NCBI GenBank assembly: GCA_020137815.1
Contig: CM035358.1
Span: 6,696,001 to 6,760,000 of the forward strand
Origin: Hormiphora californensis
Lineage: Eukaryota > Animalia > Ctenophora
Length of the DNA stretch: 64,000 nt
Direction: 5' to 3'
Shown: piece by piece, positions 26,180 to 40,600 of the stretch
Numbering within the stretch: position 1 is the stretch's first letter
Layout: every line of letters starts with the position of its first letter
The notes under the pieces: model-generated
Database searches by the model: none
Told to the model about the DNA's origin: nothing
Seen by the model: the letters and a program-made list of their open reading frames with translations, nothing else
Program-made: the position numbers and the translations under genes

Positions 26180-27564
26180 CCGTAAGTTGGGGTAACTTTG
26201 TACCACTTTTTAGCATTCTCCTAAAATAACTCCTTGCCAGAACCACACTCAAAAATTTTTAAACCCAAAATCCCGTTCCGACCTAGTACAACCAGTAAAC
26301 TAGTAAAATTTTTTTGGTCCCCTCTCTTTTAAATTACAAAATTACGTGTATTTTTAGTTAAGTGGGGTTTTGGGGCATGGGGTAACTTTGGAAAGGGTGG
26401 GGTAACTTTGACCCCGTCCAAATTCCCCCACGATATAATTTTGGGAAACAAACAAAAAAATCCAAAATTTTTGCATGATAAAAAAAATAAACCTAAAAGT
26501 TTAAATGGGTTTAAATGGGGGGATAAATTAAAAAAGAAAAAAGGGTTCCAAACGCCCCATGATTTTTAAAAAAAAATTTTATGTCGCTCAACTTTTTTGG
26601 GTGTGAGGAAAGAAAACTGCCACCCAAAAAAAATTTCAGCTCAATCACTTGATTTGAGTTCCACATCCGGCCTGAAACCCCCTCAAAATTCAAAAATTTG
26701 GGGTCCCCCCTCCACCCCGCAGCCCGTAGACTCACGGCCCCAAGGCGAGTGTGTCAGTTTTTTTTGATGAAATTTTTAACAGGAATGGTCACTATGGGTA
26801 CCCTGCTAAATAAAGGAGTTTTGGTACCTGTGCTCCTGCATAGATTGTCTACAAGAACTAGAACACTCGCCTAAAGATCCAACACCACCCAACAAGCTAC
26901 AGGATGGATGAGGAAACCCCAAATCACCGAAGCCCGATGGGTCTCAGGCCGGATTTCAGTGATTTAGCTCCATAAAATAGTCCAAATTCTAGTTTTTTCA
27001 CTAACCTATCGAATAGATGGATGGAAATGGGCGTGGAGTGGGCTAAATCTTGGTTATATGGCCCTAAACAATTCAGAGAGGGTCTAAGACAACTCTACAG
27101 ACATCAAAAAGTTCAAAATCTGTAGTGTGGGGTAACTTTGGCACCCCGTCCAAAGTTACCCCAAAACTCAAAAAATTGTGGGGTAACATTAGCCACCCCT
27201 ATTAGTCTCAATTAAAGTAATTGATCGGGTTTGAAAAATGGTGCCCCGAATTATTTGATCGAAACCCTTTCACTCAATGGAGCAAACTTTATTCGGTCAT
27301 TAGCCCGGTCAAATCTATGGTACCCATTTTGATTTGAACATTTTTAGCGATTTTGACATCAATTATGTTTGCCCCTAATTAGGAGCTAATTAGCATAGAA
27401 TTGAAAAAAATAATTGTACCGTTAGTTAGACATTTGTGGGTCAATTACTTGTACACCCAAAAATTATGCCAAATCTGTCGTTATCTGTTGGTAATTTTGG
27501 ACTAAAGCCAAATTTTGAAAGTGTCCAAAGTTACCCTGCAAAACAAAGTTACCCCAGATTACGG
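26180..27564. mobile_element. Non-autonomous pogo/Tc1-like DNA transposon, TA TSD
   Basis: ta|ccgtaagttggggtaactttg ... caaagttaccccagattacgg|ta; several internal ggggtaactttg subrepeats. Confidence 0.82.
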
Positions 27565-27582
27565 TAACTGCTGAAGATGTCA

Positions 27583-27644
27583 AAACTACATTTTTCCAGC
27601 CATCACGATCACTAGTGATCGTGATGGCTGGAAAAATGTAGTTT
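27583..27644. repeat. Perfect spacer-less 62-bp palindrome followed by a second hairpin
   Basis: aaactacatttttccagccatcacgatcact|agtgatcgtgatggctggaaaaatgtagttt. Confidence 0.9.
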
Positions 27645-28871
27645 ACTGAACTAGAAGCTTCTACATAGTTCAGTAAATACTTCTTGCAATGGCAAAAATG
27701 AGATATTTAAACTGTTTAGAACTGTCACGATACTTCTACCATTAAACTAGTCCGTGACCTCTATAGAGCTCTATCATGAGCGAAGACAGCTCTATAGAGC
27801 GAAGCTGCTCAATTGCATTCTTAAAAATAAAAGCAGGAACAATTCACATTATAATTATAGTGCTAAATAATACTAACAGTTCATTCTGACACCTCGAAAT
27901 CTATTTAGCACCGAGATTTGATATGAAGGCTAGACAATCATACAGCATATTGGCATTTCATCGCGGGTTGTTGGGTATATAAATCGCGGGCATATATAAT
28001 GTCAGACAGAGGTAAAACGTCAGAGTGAGATCTCATTTCTTGAGAAATATTATTTCAAAGTGACAAGAATAATATTTCAGAGAGAAATATTATTTCAACA
28101 CTTTATGTGGCAGCTGGTGTTATGATTTGTCACACGTAGAGAGAACCAAGGGAACCCCTGCCCAATTATAACTGACACGACTATCACTAATTACACGAAA
28201 GTCGAAACTATGTCATATTTACTACAACATATCAACATCGAAAACAATGGAATCGGAAGCAATTAAATGAAATGGTGTATTGGGTGTGTTAATTAGAACT
28301 GCGGCCGGTGAAACTGCCTGTGTACTGCGATAGTTAGCAGGGGAGGGTCTGGTGTAACTCCTGTTAATTAACGTATCAACAGGACAAGTTAATTAGGTGA
28401 CAGGTTATGGGCAAGAAAAATAATTAGTAGTGATAATTGGGTAAAAAATAGAATCTCGCAGAACTCGTCAACAAGGAAAGTACGGAGGAAGTATGACAAG
28501 GGAGCTGCAGCAGCCCATGGAGGAAGGGGTTATGGATTTTTGAATTTATGTTGGCTACTCGCCATGTCTGATGTCACTGTCTGGCGCCGACACCAGCTGA
28601 GAATCAAATTGGGGTATGGGCGCCGCCATACAGCCATGTCATCAGTGCAGTGTCTACCAAGCAGCCTACAGGCGAGGCTCACCCCTTACAGGCGAGACTC
28701 ACCCCTTACAGGCGAGGCTCACCCCATACTCAACAAAGCGAGGCTGTGACAGTTGATCACAGAGTGATTCTGAGCTTGTCTACTGCAACAAGTATATGCA
28801 AATGTATCTTGAGTAATGAGTCCTACACATAACTCTGAGCCCTATATACAACTTTGTGTGTACCCCCCCCC

Positions 28872-28928
<57 letters not shown>

Positions 28929-29204
28929 ACTCTCACTCTCACTCACTCTCTCTCAATTCTCTAGGAAAGTAGTCTATAACAGTCGGCCCACAACCATCGT
29001 CCATCAAGTGCATTAGGCTATTGTACAGAAGAATCTAGAATTACGGGCACTTAGTGTTACACTTGCCCACTATAGTTTTTTGGTAATATAGAACCATTTA
29101 AATTCCATACATAATGTACATGGGAGAGTATAGTATACACCCCTTACTCACCAAACACGTGATTTAAAAAAGCAAGCAAATCAGGTCGATATGGATAATA
29201 AATA

Positions 29205-31448
<2,244 letters not shown>

Positions 31449-31474
31449 GACAGAGAGAGACAGAGAGAGACAGA

Positions 31475-31581
<107 letters not shown>

Positions 31582-32683
31582 ACAGCATGTGTCAACCCAT
31601 TTTCAGATGTGACAACTATCTTCTAAAAATATCCATCCATATTAATATATTCGCGGGCGATGCTTAACTTCTTAACTATAGTGGGAAGGAAAAGAGTGGT
31701 GGGTGGCCCGTAAACCGTATTAACAAGATAGCTCTGTGCGGTTCTCAACGATTCTCCCTGAGAATCTCAGAATTTTCTTTCTGTTGTAAAGAGCAGTTTC
31801 ACCCTTCAACTTGAAGTTCAAGATCAAAGTTCAAGATCAAAGAATATTGGGGAGATGGTGCCCGTATAAACAGCTCATACCTCCCACGAATACACATGTT
31901 GCCGGTTCTTTTAACTGGGCACCACCACGTAATGCTGCATTACTCATGGAGCCTGTAGGAGTTGGTATGTTCTTACCTTCCTTTACGGGGAGTGGTGAAA
32001 CCTGGGGTCGAGCAAGCTCAAAGGCAATGTAGCCAGGCCAATACTCTGACCACAGTTCTCGCGAAAGAATGAGAATGAGGGTCAGGCCAATGCTCTGACA
32101 GGGCAATGTAGGAGCTGCTGTGTAGAGAGGTGTGGGTTAGAGGATCGCACAAATCACTGAACCGCCATCTCTTTAGGTGCGGCAAGATTTTCTAATCGGA
32201 AATCTTAATTTGCCTATGATTGATATTGGCCACTCTCAACTTGGTGCTGGAACAGTTCAATTATCATGATAAACAACAAATCACTTAGAATTAGTCATTA
32301 GATTAGCCGTCATCCTACTGGGGGATCACGTGTAGGTATCCTACAGGTACATTTTCATTAGAAAGGGTGGTCGAATCGGCCACCCCCAGTAGGATTGGTT
32401 GAGTAAGTACTCAATAAAGTAGGATGAGGTAATCCGTAACCGGGTAATGTGAATTCAGTTCGACGCAAGAATACCGATTTTGGCTTGCAGCCCCTGGGGC
32501 CTGGACCCTGTTAGCGGGGGCTACGCTCCTGAACTTGTTGAGTAACCCTAGACTCTGTTTATGGGGGGGGGGGGGGTGCTACTGCCCCAGGTTAGGGTAC
32601 ACTCTTAGCTTCATATTTCTACAGAAGTATTGGACCTTATCTAATTGCCAGCGAAACACACCATTCACCAAACATCACACAAA

Positions 32684-34872
32684 TCACTAAAAAGTGTTAT
32701 AGATCATGTGTGTCACATCTGGCACAGTTTCAAGAACCAAAATCCACATATTCGTAGGGCGCACGGCTTCGTTCCGTTGTCCGCTGCGAAGCGCGCCGTT
32801 CCTCGCGGGAACCGATAAGCACGCGCATTTACCAAAACGCGCAAAAACTGTAGATTTTGGTGCGCGCACACATGAGAAGTTGGAATATTTCAAAATTTTC
32901 GAGCAGAAGTGTCACTTTTTTTCGTTTGGAATAAGGAACCATAATAAAGTTCAAGAGCGCACCCCATCCAAGAGCGTACCACCTCCAAAAGACACCACTC
33001 CCAGAGCGCACCACATCAAAGAGAGCTCCCCATCCAGAAGATACCGCGCGCAGGGGACACCACGCGCAGAAGAGACCGCACGCGCAAATACAACGCCGCG
33101 CTGGTCTCTTCTGCGCGTGGTGTCCCCTGCGCGTGGTATCTTCTGGATGGGGAGCTCTCTTTGATGTGGTGCGCTCTCGAAGTGGTGTCTTCTGGAGGTG
33201 GTGCGCTCTTGGATGTGGTCTCTTTTGGGTGTGGTGCGCTCTCAGGTGTGGTCTCTCTTCGATCGGGTGCGCTCTTGGGTGCTCTTGGAGGCTCTTGAAC
33301 TTTATTATGGTTCCTTATGCGCTGCAGCCCCCTCATGCGCGCACCCCCGCAACGAGGGGACTGAAGGGAATGCCGCGCGCGCGTTTGGCCTGAGCTCAGG
33401 ACGGGCTCGGCTGGGTCGAAGATAACTTTGCGAGCGAAAAAACGGCGGTGCTTATAACTTTGGCCCCTGAAGTCCGTTTGACTTGATTTTTTCACTAGCT
33501 GTTAGATCTGACAATTATCTACCTTGCTGTTTTTGAGAGGAGTTAATTGGACTTCAGGAGGCTGAGCAATAACCGTTCAAAGATGGGTTGTTTTCAAAAA
33601 GTGACGTCACAGATCCCTGCAGGGACACTTTGTTTCAAAACTTTGTTTAAAATCTCGAATTTTTTATTTTACCGCACTCGATTTTGCGGAGTTTGGTTCA
33701 TATCTCCTGTTCCTGATAAGATAGAGACCTGAAACCGGTTGCATTTGAAAGCTGTTATCTTCCTCTTTCCAACGCTACCAAAACGATTTCTGTACCTTAT
33801 CTGAAACCGGAGATATGATTGATTATGTATTCCCCCCCAGCGCGGTATTCCCTCCAGGCCCCTTATATTATATTATAAGGGGCCTGCAACGTATGCCAAT
33901 TTTTTCGTTGAAAAGCGCTGTTGGAATGCGCTGCAGCCCCCTCATGCGCGCACCCCCGCAACGAGGGGACTGAAGGGAATGCCGCGCGCGCGTTTGGCCT
34001 GAGCCCGGCTGGGTCGAAGATAACTTTGCGGTCGAAAAAACGGCGGTGCTTATAACTTTGGCTCCTGTAGTCCGTTTGACTTGATTCTTTCACCAGTTGT
34101 CAGATCTGACGATTATCTACCTTGCTGTTTTTGAGAGAAGTTAATTGGACTTAAGGAGGCTGAGCAATAGCCGTTGAAAGATGGGTTGTTTTCAAAAAGT
34201 GACGTCACAGATTCCTGCAGGGACACATTTTTTTAAATTTCATTCAAATTTCGATTTTACCGCACTCGATTTTGCGGAGTTTGGTTCATATCTCCTGTTC
34301 CTGATAAGATAGAGACCTGAAACCGGTTGCATTTAAAAGCTCTTATCTTCCTCTTTCCAACACTACCAAAACGATTTCTGTACCTTATCTGGAACCGGAG
34401 ATATGATTGATTATGTATTCCCCCCAGCGCGGTATTCCCACCAGGCCCCTTATATTATATTATAAGGGGCCTGCAACGTATGCCAAAAAGCGCTGCCTTA
34501 TCCCGGGGGGCGACGTTAAAATCTGGGTGTTTGGTTACGCGCAAATCCAGAATTTACGCCGCGCACACGCGCGCGTGGTTTTTTCGCTCGGAGAAAATCA
34601 CAGCTCGAATCAGTTCAAATTTTTGAACTGAAACTTTTTCAAAAAAGAGAAAAAGAGAAAAAGTCGAGGAAAATCCGAAAAACAGGCTTTGAGGGTTAAA
34701 ATAAAGAACAATAACGATGGTTGTTGATGGGCTTAAAAAGGAATGTGTTTAGATAAGAATTAAGAACGAGGGTTTTGACCAGAAACGTCCAAATTGTGTG
34801 ATAAAAGTGTGTGACAAACTTACAAAATTACAAAACTTGATCGCTTACGGCTTACCGGTGCCAATCGCCTAG
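32684..34872. mobile_element. Composite repeat, possibly a non-autonomous Helitron, with an internal ~570-bp tandem duplication
   Basis: Starts a|tcactaaaaag and ends ...ctag|t; 33319-33900 is duplicated at 33928-34487; related fragments at ~1930-2180, 23650-23700 and 56885-56945. The 3' hairpin is weak. Confidence 0.45.
32933..33316. mobile_element. Foldback/palindromic insertion (termini AAGGAACCATAATAAAG)
   Basis: ~150-bp inverted arms around a 25-bp spacer; the empty site ttggaatgcgctg is present at 33921-33933. Confidence 0.8.
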
Positions 34873-35206
34873 TAAGAAATAAGGACTGTTAAAGAGATAA
34901 TTAAAGCCTTATTCTAACCATCATAGTATCGTTCATGGTCTGGATCATAGTCTGGATCACGGTCTGGATCATGGTCTCAGGTCCACTTTGAAACGGTTAC
35001 GATTAGAAGATCCAGACGGCTGTTATTTCATCCGCAATAATGTTATCCAAGTGGGATAGTTCCCTACAAATTCACCGTTAATTATTTATTTATGCTCATG
35101 TTTTGTATCTGTACCACTTTTGAAAGTGAGGAGTGTGTAGAGCGTTGGCTAGTAATGCATGCTCCAATATTTAACACTGTAAAGTGGTATATATATAAAT
35201 GATTAT

Positions 35207-36190
35207 ATTACATTTACATTTACATTTACATTTACATTATGGTCTATGACTATGACTATGACTATGACTATGACTATGACTATGACTATGACTATGACTA
35301 TGACTATGACTATGACTATGACTATGACTATGACTATGACTATGACTATGACTATGACTATGACTATGACTATGACTATGACTATGACTATGACTATGAC
35401 TATGACTATGACTATGACTATGACTATGACTATGACTATGACTATGACTATGACTATGGCTATGGTCTGTACTATGACTATGGTCTGTCATGGTCTGTCA
35501 TGGTCTGTCATGGTCTGTCATGGTCTGTCATGGTCTGTCATGGTCTGTCATGGTCTGTCATGGTCTGTCATGGTCTGTCATGGTCTGTCATGGTCTGTCA
35601 TGGTCTGTCATGGTCTGTCATGGTCTGTCATGGTCTGTCATGGTCTGTCATGGTCTGTCATGGTCTGTCATGGTCTGTCATGGTCTGTCATGGTCTGTCA
35701 TGGTCTGTCATGGTCTGTCATGGTCTGTCATGGTCTGTCATGGTCTGTCATGGTCTGTCATGGTCTGTCATGGTCTGTCATGGTCTGTCATGGTCTGTCA
35801 TGGTCTGTCATGGTCTGTCATGGTCTGTCATGGTCTGTCATGGTCTGTCATGGTCTGTCATGGTCTGTCATGGTCTGTCATGGTCTGTCATGGTCTGTCA
35901 TGGTCTGTCATGGTCTGTCATGGTCTGTCATGGTCTGTCATGGTCTGTCATGGTCTGTCATGGTCTGTCATGGTCTGTCATGGTCTGTCATGGTCTGTCA
36001 TGGTCTGTCATGGTCTGTCATGGTCTGTCATGGTCTGTCATGGTCTGTCATGGTCTGTCATGGTCTGTCATGGTCTGTCATGGTCTGTCATGGTCTGTCA
36101 TGGTCTGTCATGGTCTGTCATGGTCTGTCATGGTCTGTCATGGTCTGTCATGGTCTGTCATGGTCTGTCATGGTCTGTCATGGTCTGTCA
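35207..36190. repeat. Compound satellite: (TTACAT)n, (GACTAT)n, (TGGTCTGTCA)n
   Basis: Directly visible; ~70 perfect 10-bp units at 35481-36190. Confidence 0.97.
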
Positions 36191-36195
36191 TGTCA

Positions 36196-36805
36196 TATGT
36201 CTCATCCCATCTCTGTTTCAATGTCTCATGAGCGCTCATGAGACGTTTTGACCTACATGTGCTCATGAGTGTATCATGAGACATGTCTCATGAGACATAT
36301 GTCTCATGAGACGTTAGGGTTAGGGTTATCGTTGGGTTTAGGGTTGGGCTAGGGTTAGGGCTTTCCTTTAGGTCTAGGGACCCGTAGAGGGTAGGGCTAG
36401 GTCCAAGCCTATGAGTCAACCCTAACCCTATCCCTATGGGTCCCTAGACCTAAAGGATAACCCTAACCCTAGCCCAACCGTAAACCCAACCATAACCCTA
36501 ACCCTAACGTCTCATGAGACATATGTCTCATGAGACATGTCTCATGATACACTCATGAGCACATGTAGGTCAAAACGTCTCATGAGCGCTCATGAGACAT
36601 TGAAACAGAGATGGGATGAGACATATGTCTCATGAGCGCTCATGAGCAAGGTCTCATGAGCACTCATGAGCACTCATGATACACTCATGACACACTCATG
36701 ACACACTCATGAGCGCTCATGAGACGTTGAAACACCTAAAAACGTCTCATGAGCGCTCATGATACACTCATGACACACTCATGATACACTCATGAGCGCT
36801 CATGA
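36196..36805. mobile_element. Foldback element containing TTAGGG-like repeats and CATGAG subrepeats
   Basis: 36196-36627 is an almost perfect inverted repeat with ttagggttaggg / ccctaaccctaa arms. Confidence 0.75.
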
Positions 36806-37637
36806 GAGGAACGGACAGGTTCTTCCGACTTACCCATGCTAAGTTACATTCTGTTGACTTGACGTAACGCGCGGACTGCCTTGAGCTGAGATCAGGCAGG
36901 TTGGTCGCGCGCGAGCTCGCACGCGCCATATGACGTCATTTCGCGCAAACACCCATATTTTAACGCCGCCCTATCCCGGGGGCCAGCAACGTTTGCCAAT
37001 TTTTTTCGAAGATTTTGTTGCAAAAAAAGACTCCAATTTAAAATAACTATCTAACCCTTTAACTACTTCCCTCTGTAGGCCTAAGCATGGTTTGATGTTG
37101 CACATCAAGTCTGGTTGCTATGCGCTATGGGGCTGTGTGGTGGGTGGTGATTCTTCTAGTCCAGGCGGAGAAGTCCTAACTTTGAGAGGTTAAAAGATAT
37201 TGTAACAAGTAACATTCCACTTGTTGAGCCTCTGATTAGGTCTGCCAGAGGGAGATCAGGAGTAAAGGCGTCAAATGAACATCATTTTCATCAGGTACAC
37301 TTTTAATTGAGGGTGAAAGTGGTGAATGGTGTTATTGCAGTGACCTGGTTATCAGCGTTAGTGAACCATTTACTTGACAGCCCTATATATTCCATTTTTT
37401 CCCAACTGTTCACCCCCAAAGTCGTTCGCGGAATTGTTTTGCGTGTCTATCACATGTTAACGTGTAGCGCCCGCCACAAAAATTCTAAATTTTACTGAAA
37501 TTTCGATTTTTGGGGAACAGTTGAAAAAATGGACTTTAAAGAGGTGCATGCCATATATATCCTATTGTATTTCGAGAACTATACAAACATTGAACGATAT
37601 AATTTGTTTTAGCACTTCTAAACTAGCCGTTTTTCAG

Positions 37638-40600
37638 AGCAATGAAGGACCTCCTTTGCCACGTCGTGAAGACAAATCTGAATTTGAAAAGCGGAAAGAA
37701 GTGTTAGCTGGGCAAGCTAAGAAGATGTTCTTTCATGCTTACAACAGCTACATGGTAAAGAGTTCAGAGTTGCATTATTTAGTTTTCTTTTTGTTTATTA
37801 GGACCAATTTAGGACCACTTTTGGCACGTGGTGATCGAACTGCTCCTTCTGTTGTATGTTTTATAGGAACAGGTGTTTTCGCTTTGTCTTTACAGTGTTA
37901 TATCATCTTCAAAGTGTACATCATAGAACTAAAAATAAACACGTTATAGACCCACGCCTTCCCTGCGGACGAGTTGATGCCTGTATCTTGTAAGGGCCGC
38001 GTCCGAGGTCTAACCCAGCCCAGGGGAGAAGTTGATGACGCCTTGGGAAGGTACATATTGAGGAAATAATAAGGCATACTTGCACATTATAAGAGCAACA
38101 ACAATCAGATTGTGTTCTAGTACTAAAAACCAACTTGGTTAATTCCACTTCTGTCACCAGGTACATGCTGACACTAGTAGACACGCTTGACACACTGGTT
38201 GTGTTAAACGAATACGCCGAGTTCGAGGATGCTGTAAAGTTGGTCATCAGAGGACTCTCCTTTGATACTGATCTGGTTGTTAATCTATTTGAGGCTAACA
38301 TTCGTATCTTGGGGTAAGTAGGGGAGAGGAAGAGGTGGTAGTAGCGATGTGTAGTGAGGCTGTTCCTCTAAAATATATTCCTACACTTTACCAGAATATT
38401 ATTGTTGTTATACTTCTTTGATTCCTTGTATACAATCTATACAACCGTTTACAATTCCTTGTTCAATACAATCACGTGTCCATCAGGGGGTTGCTAGGTG
38501 CACGTCACCTCTAATCACGTGTCCATCAGGGGGCTGCTAGGTGCACGTCACCTCTAATCACGTGTTTATATTTCAGGGGGTTGCTAGGTGCACTTCACCC
38601 CCAATCACGTGTTTATATTTCAGGGGGTTGCTAGGTGCACGTCACCTCTAATCACGTGTCCATCAGGGGGTTGCTAGGTGCACGTCACCTCTAATCACGT
38701 GTCCATCAGGGGGTTGCTAGGTGGACACGCGGGCGCTCTTCACCTCCAATCTCAAGGGAAAATGATGTGGTACTCAAATGAACTGCTATCCCTTAGTGTC
38801 GACATTGCTGATAGGTTTCTACCAGCATTTGATACACCCACCGGTTAGTTCTAAAAATTAATTTAGTGGATATTAACATTAGTTACCATTAATTAATTAA
38901 ATATCAATTGATTAATTAATTATCAATTGATTAATTTAATTACTAAATAACTAAATTTATAGCTATTTACCTTGCCTTGTTCGACCCTGTTGAACAAAAC
39001 AATATTTACCCATACCCTGGTCAGGTATTCCTATACCCAAGATCAACCTAAAGTTTGGTATATTTGGGATTACTGATAATGAGACTTGTACCGCATGTGC
39101 TGGTACACTGTACCTTGAATTTGCTGCTCTTAGCAGGTAACGCATTAATTAATATTAGTTAATTATTTAATTAGCAGACAATTACTAAAGTGTACCTAGA
39201 TTTTTCCCATCAGTTTTCTTTGACCCATCTGTTATTTGCTGGTATTAATAAAATCTTACCACTTACCACTAAAACTTTTAGTAAGTAAGCCTAACTGAGA
39301 TACTAAACCCTGTCCTCTATTACCTATACACAGGTACACAGGAAATGTAACGTATGAAGGAAAGGCACGTGCTGCCCTAGAGTTCCTCTATAATAACCGT
39401 ATACCAAGTATGTCATGTTAAAATCAGTGTGTCTGTACTATTTCATGTCTTTATTGGACAAACTTACTAGATCCACGTCTGTAAGATATTGCTATCCCAT
39501 TGATATCAAATTGATATTATCAATACATCTCCACTCTCGTGATATTACTTTATTTTCTCTCGCCCCGGCCCACCTTACTTTCTCTCATCTCGCCCTACTT
39601 TCTCTAACCCCAGCCCCTTTCTCTAGCCCCCACAGCCCACTCACAGCAAATGACCTACTCAACTCCCCCTTCTCTAATCTCCGCACCCCTACAGCAAATG
39701 ACCTACTCAACTCCCCCTTCTCTAACCTCTTCCCCCTTCCCTACAGCCAGTGACCTGCCCGGTACGGTGATCAATGTTAATAATGGCCAGTGGGTTAGGA
39801 AGGATACGAGTATTGGGGCTGGTATTGATAGTTACTATGAGTATCTGATAAAGGGATACATCGTCAGTGGTGATCCAAGGTAATAATTTCATAACTTGTG
39901 TGAACTGTGAAGTATGTTAACTTGTGTGAACTGTAAAGTATGTTAACTTGTGAGAACTGTGAAGTATGTTAACTTGTGTGAACTGTGAAGTATGTTAACT
40001 TGTGTGAACTGTGAAGTATGTTAACTTGTGTGAACTGTGAAGTATGTTAACTTGTGTGAACTGTGAAGTATGTTAACTTGTGAGAACTGTGAAGTATGTT
40101 AACTTGTGTGAACTGTGAAGTATGTTAACTTGTGTGAACTGTGAAGTATGTTAACTTGTGTGAACTGTGAAGTATGTTAACTTGTGTGAACTGTGAAGTA
40201 TGTTAACTTGTGTGAACTGTGAAGTATGTTAACTTGTGTGAACTGTGAAGTATGTTAACTTGTGTGAACTGTGAAGTATGTTAACTTGTGTGAACTGTGA
40301 AGTACGTTAACTTGTGTGAACTGTGAAGTATGTTAACTTGTGTGAACTGTGAAGTATGTTAACTTGTGTGAACTGTGAAGTATGTTAACTTGTGTGAACT
40401 GTGAAGTATGTTAACTTGTGAGAACTGTGAAGTATGTTAACTTGTGTGAACTGTGAAGTATGTTAACTTGTGTGAACTGTGAAGTATGTTAACTTGTGTG
40501 AACTGTGAAGTATGTTAATTTGTGAGAACTGTGAAGTGTGTTAACTTGTGAGAACTGTGAAGTATGTTAACTTGTGAGAACTGTGAAGTATGTTAACTTG

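Noticed and set aside
35237-36251. 330-aa ORFs
   Set aside because: Pure satellite translations.
36314-36510. True telomere or chromosome fusion site
   Set aside because: Repeats are few, degenerate and embedded in the arms of a foldback element.
37120-37179. Signal-peptide-like MRYGAVWWVVILLVQAEK as EDEM3 exon 1
   Set aside because: In-frame stop follows and there is no convincing donor; the start is left unresolved.
39893-40600. CRISPR-like array (also the 21-, 30- and 68-bp arrays)
   Set aside because: Head-to-tail repeats without unique spacers, no cas genes, eukaryotic context.
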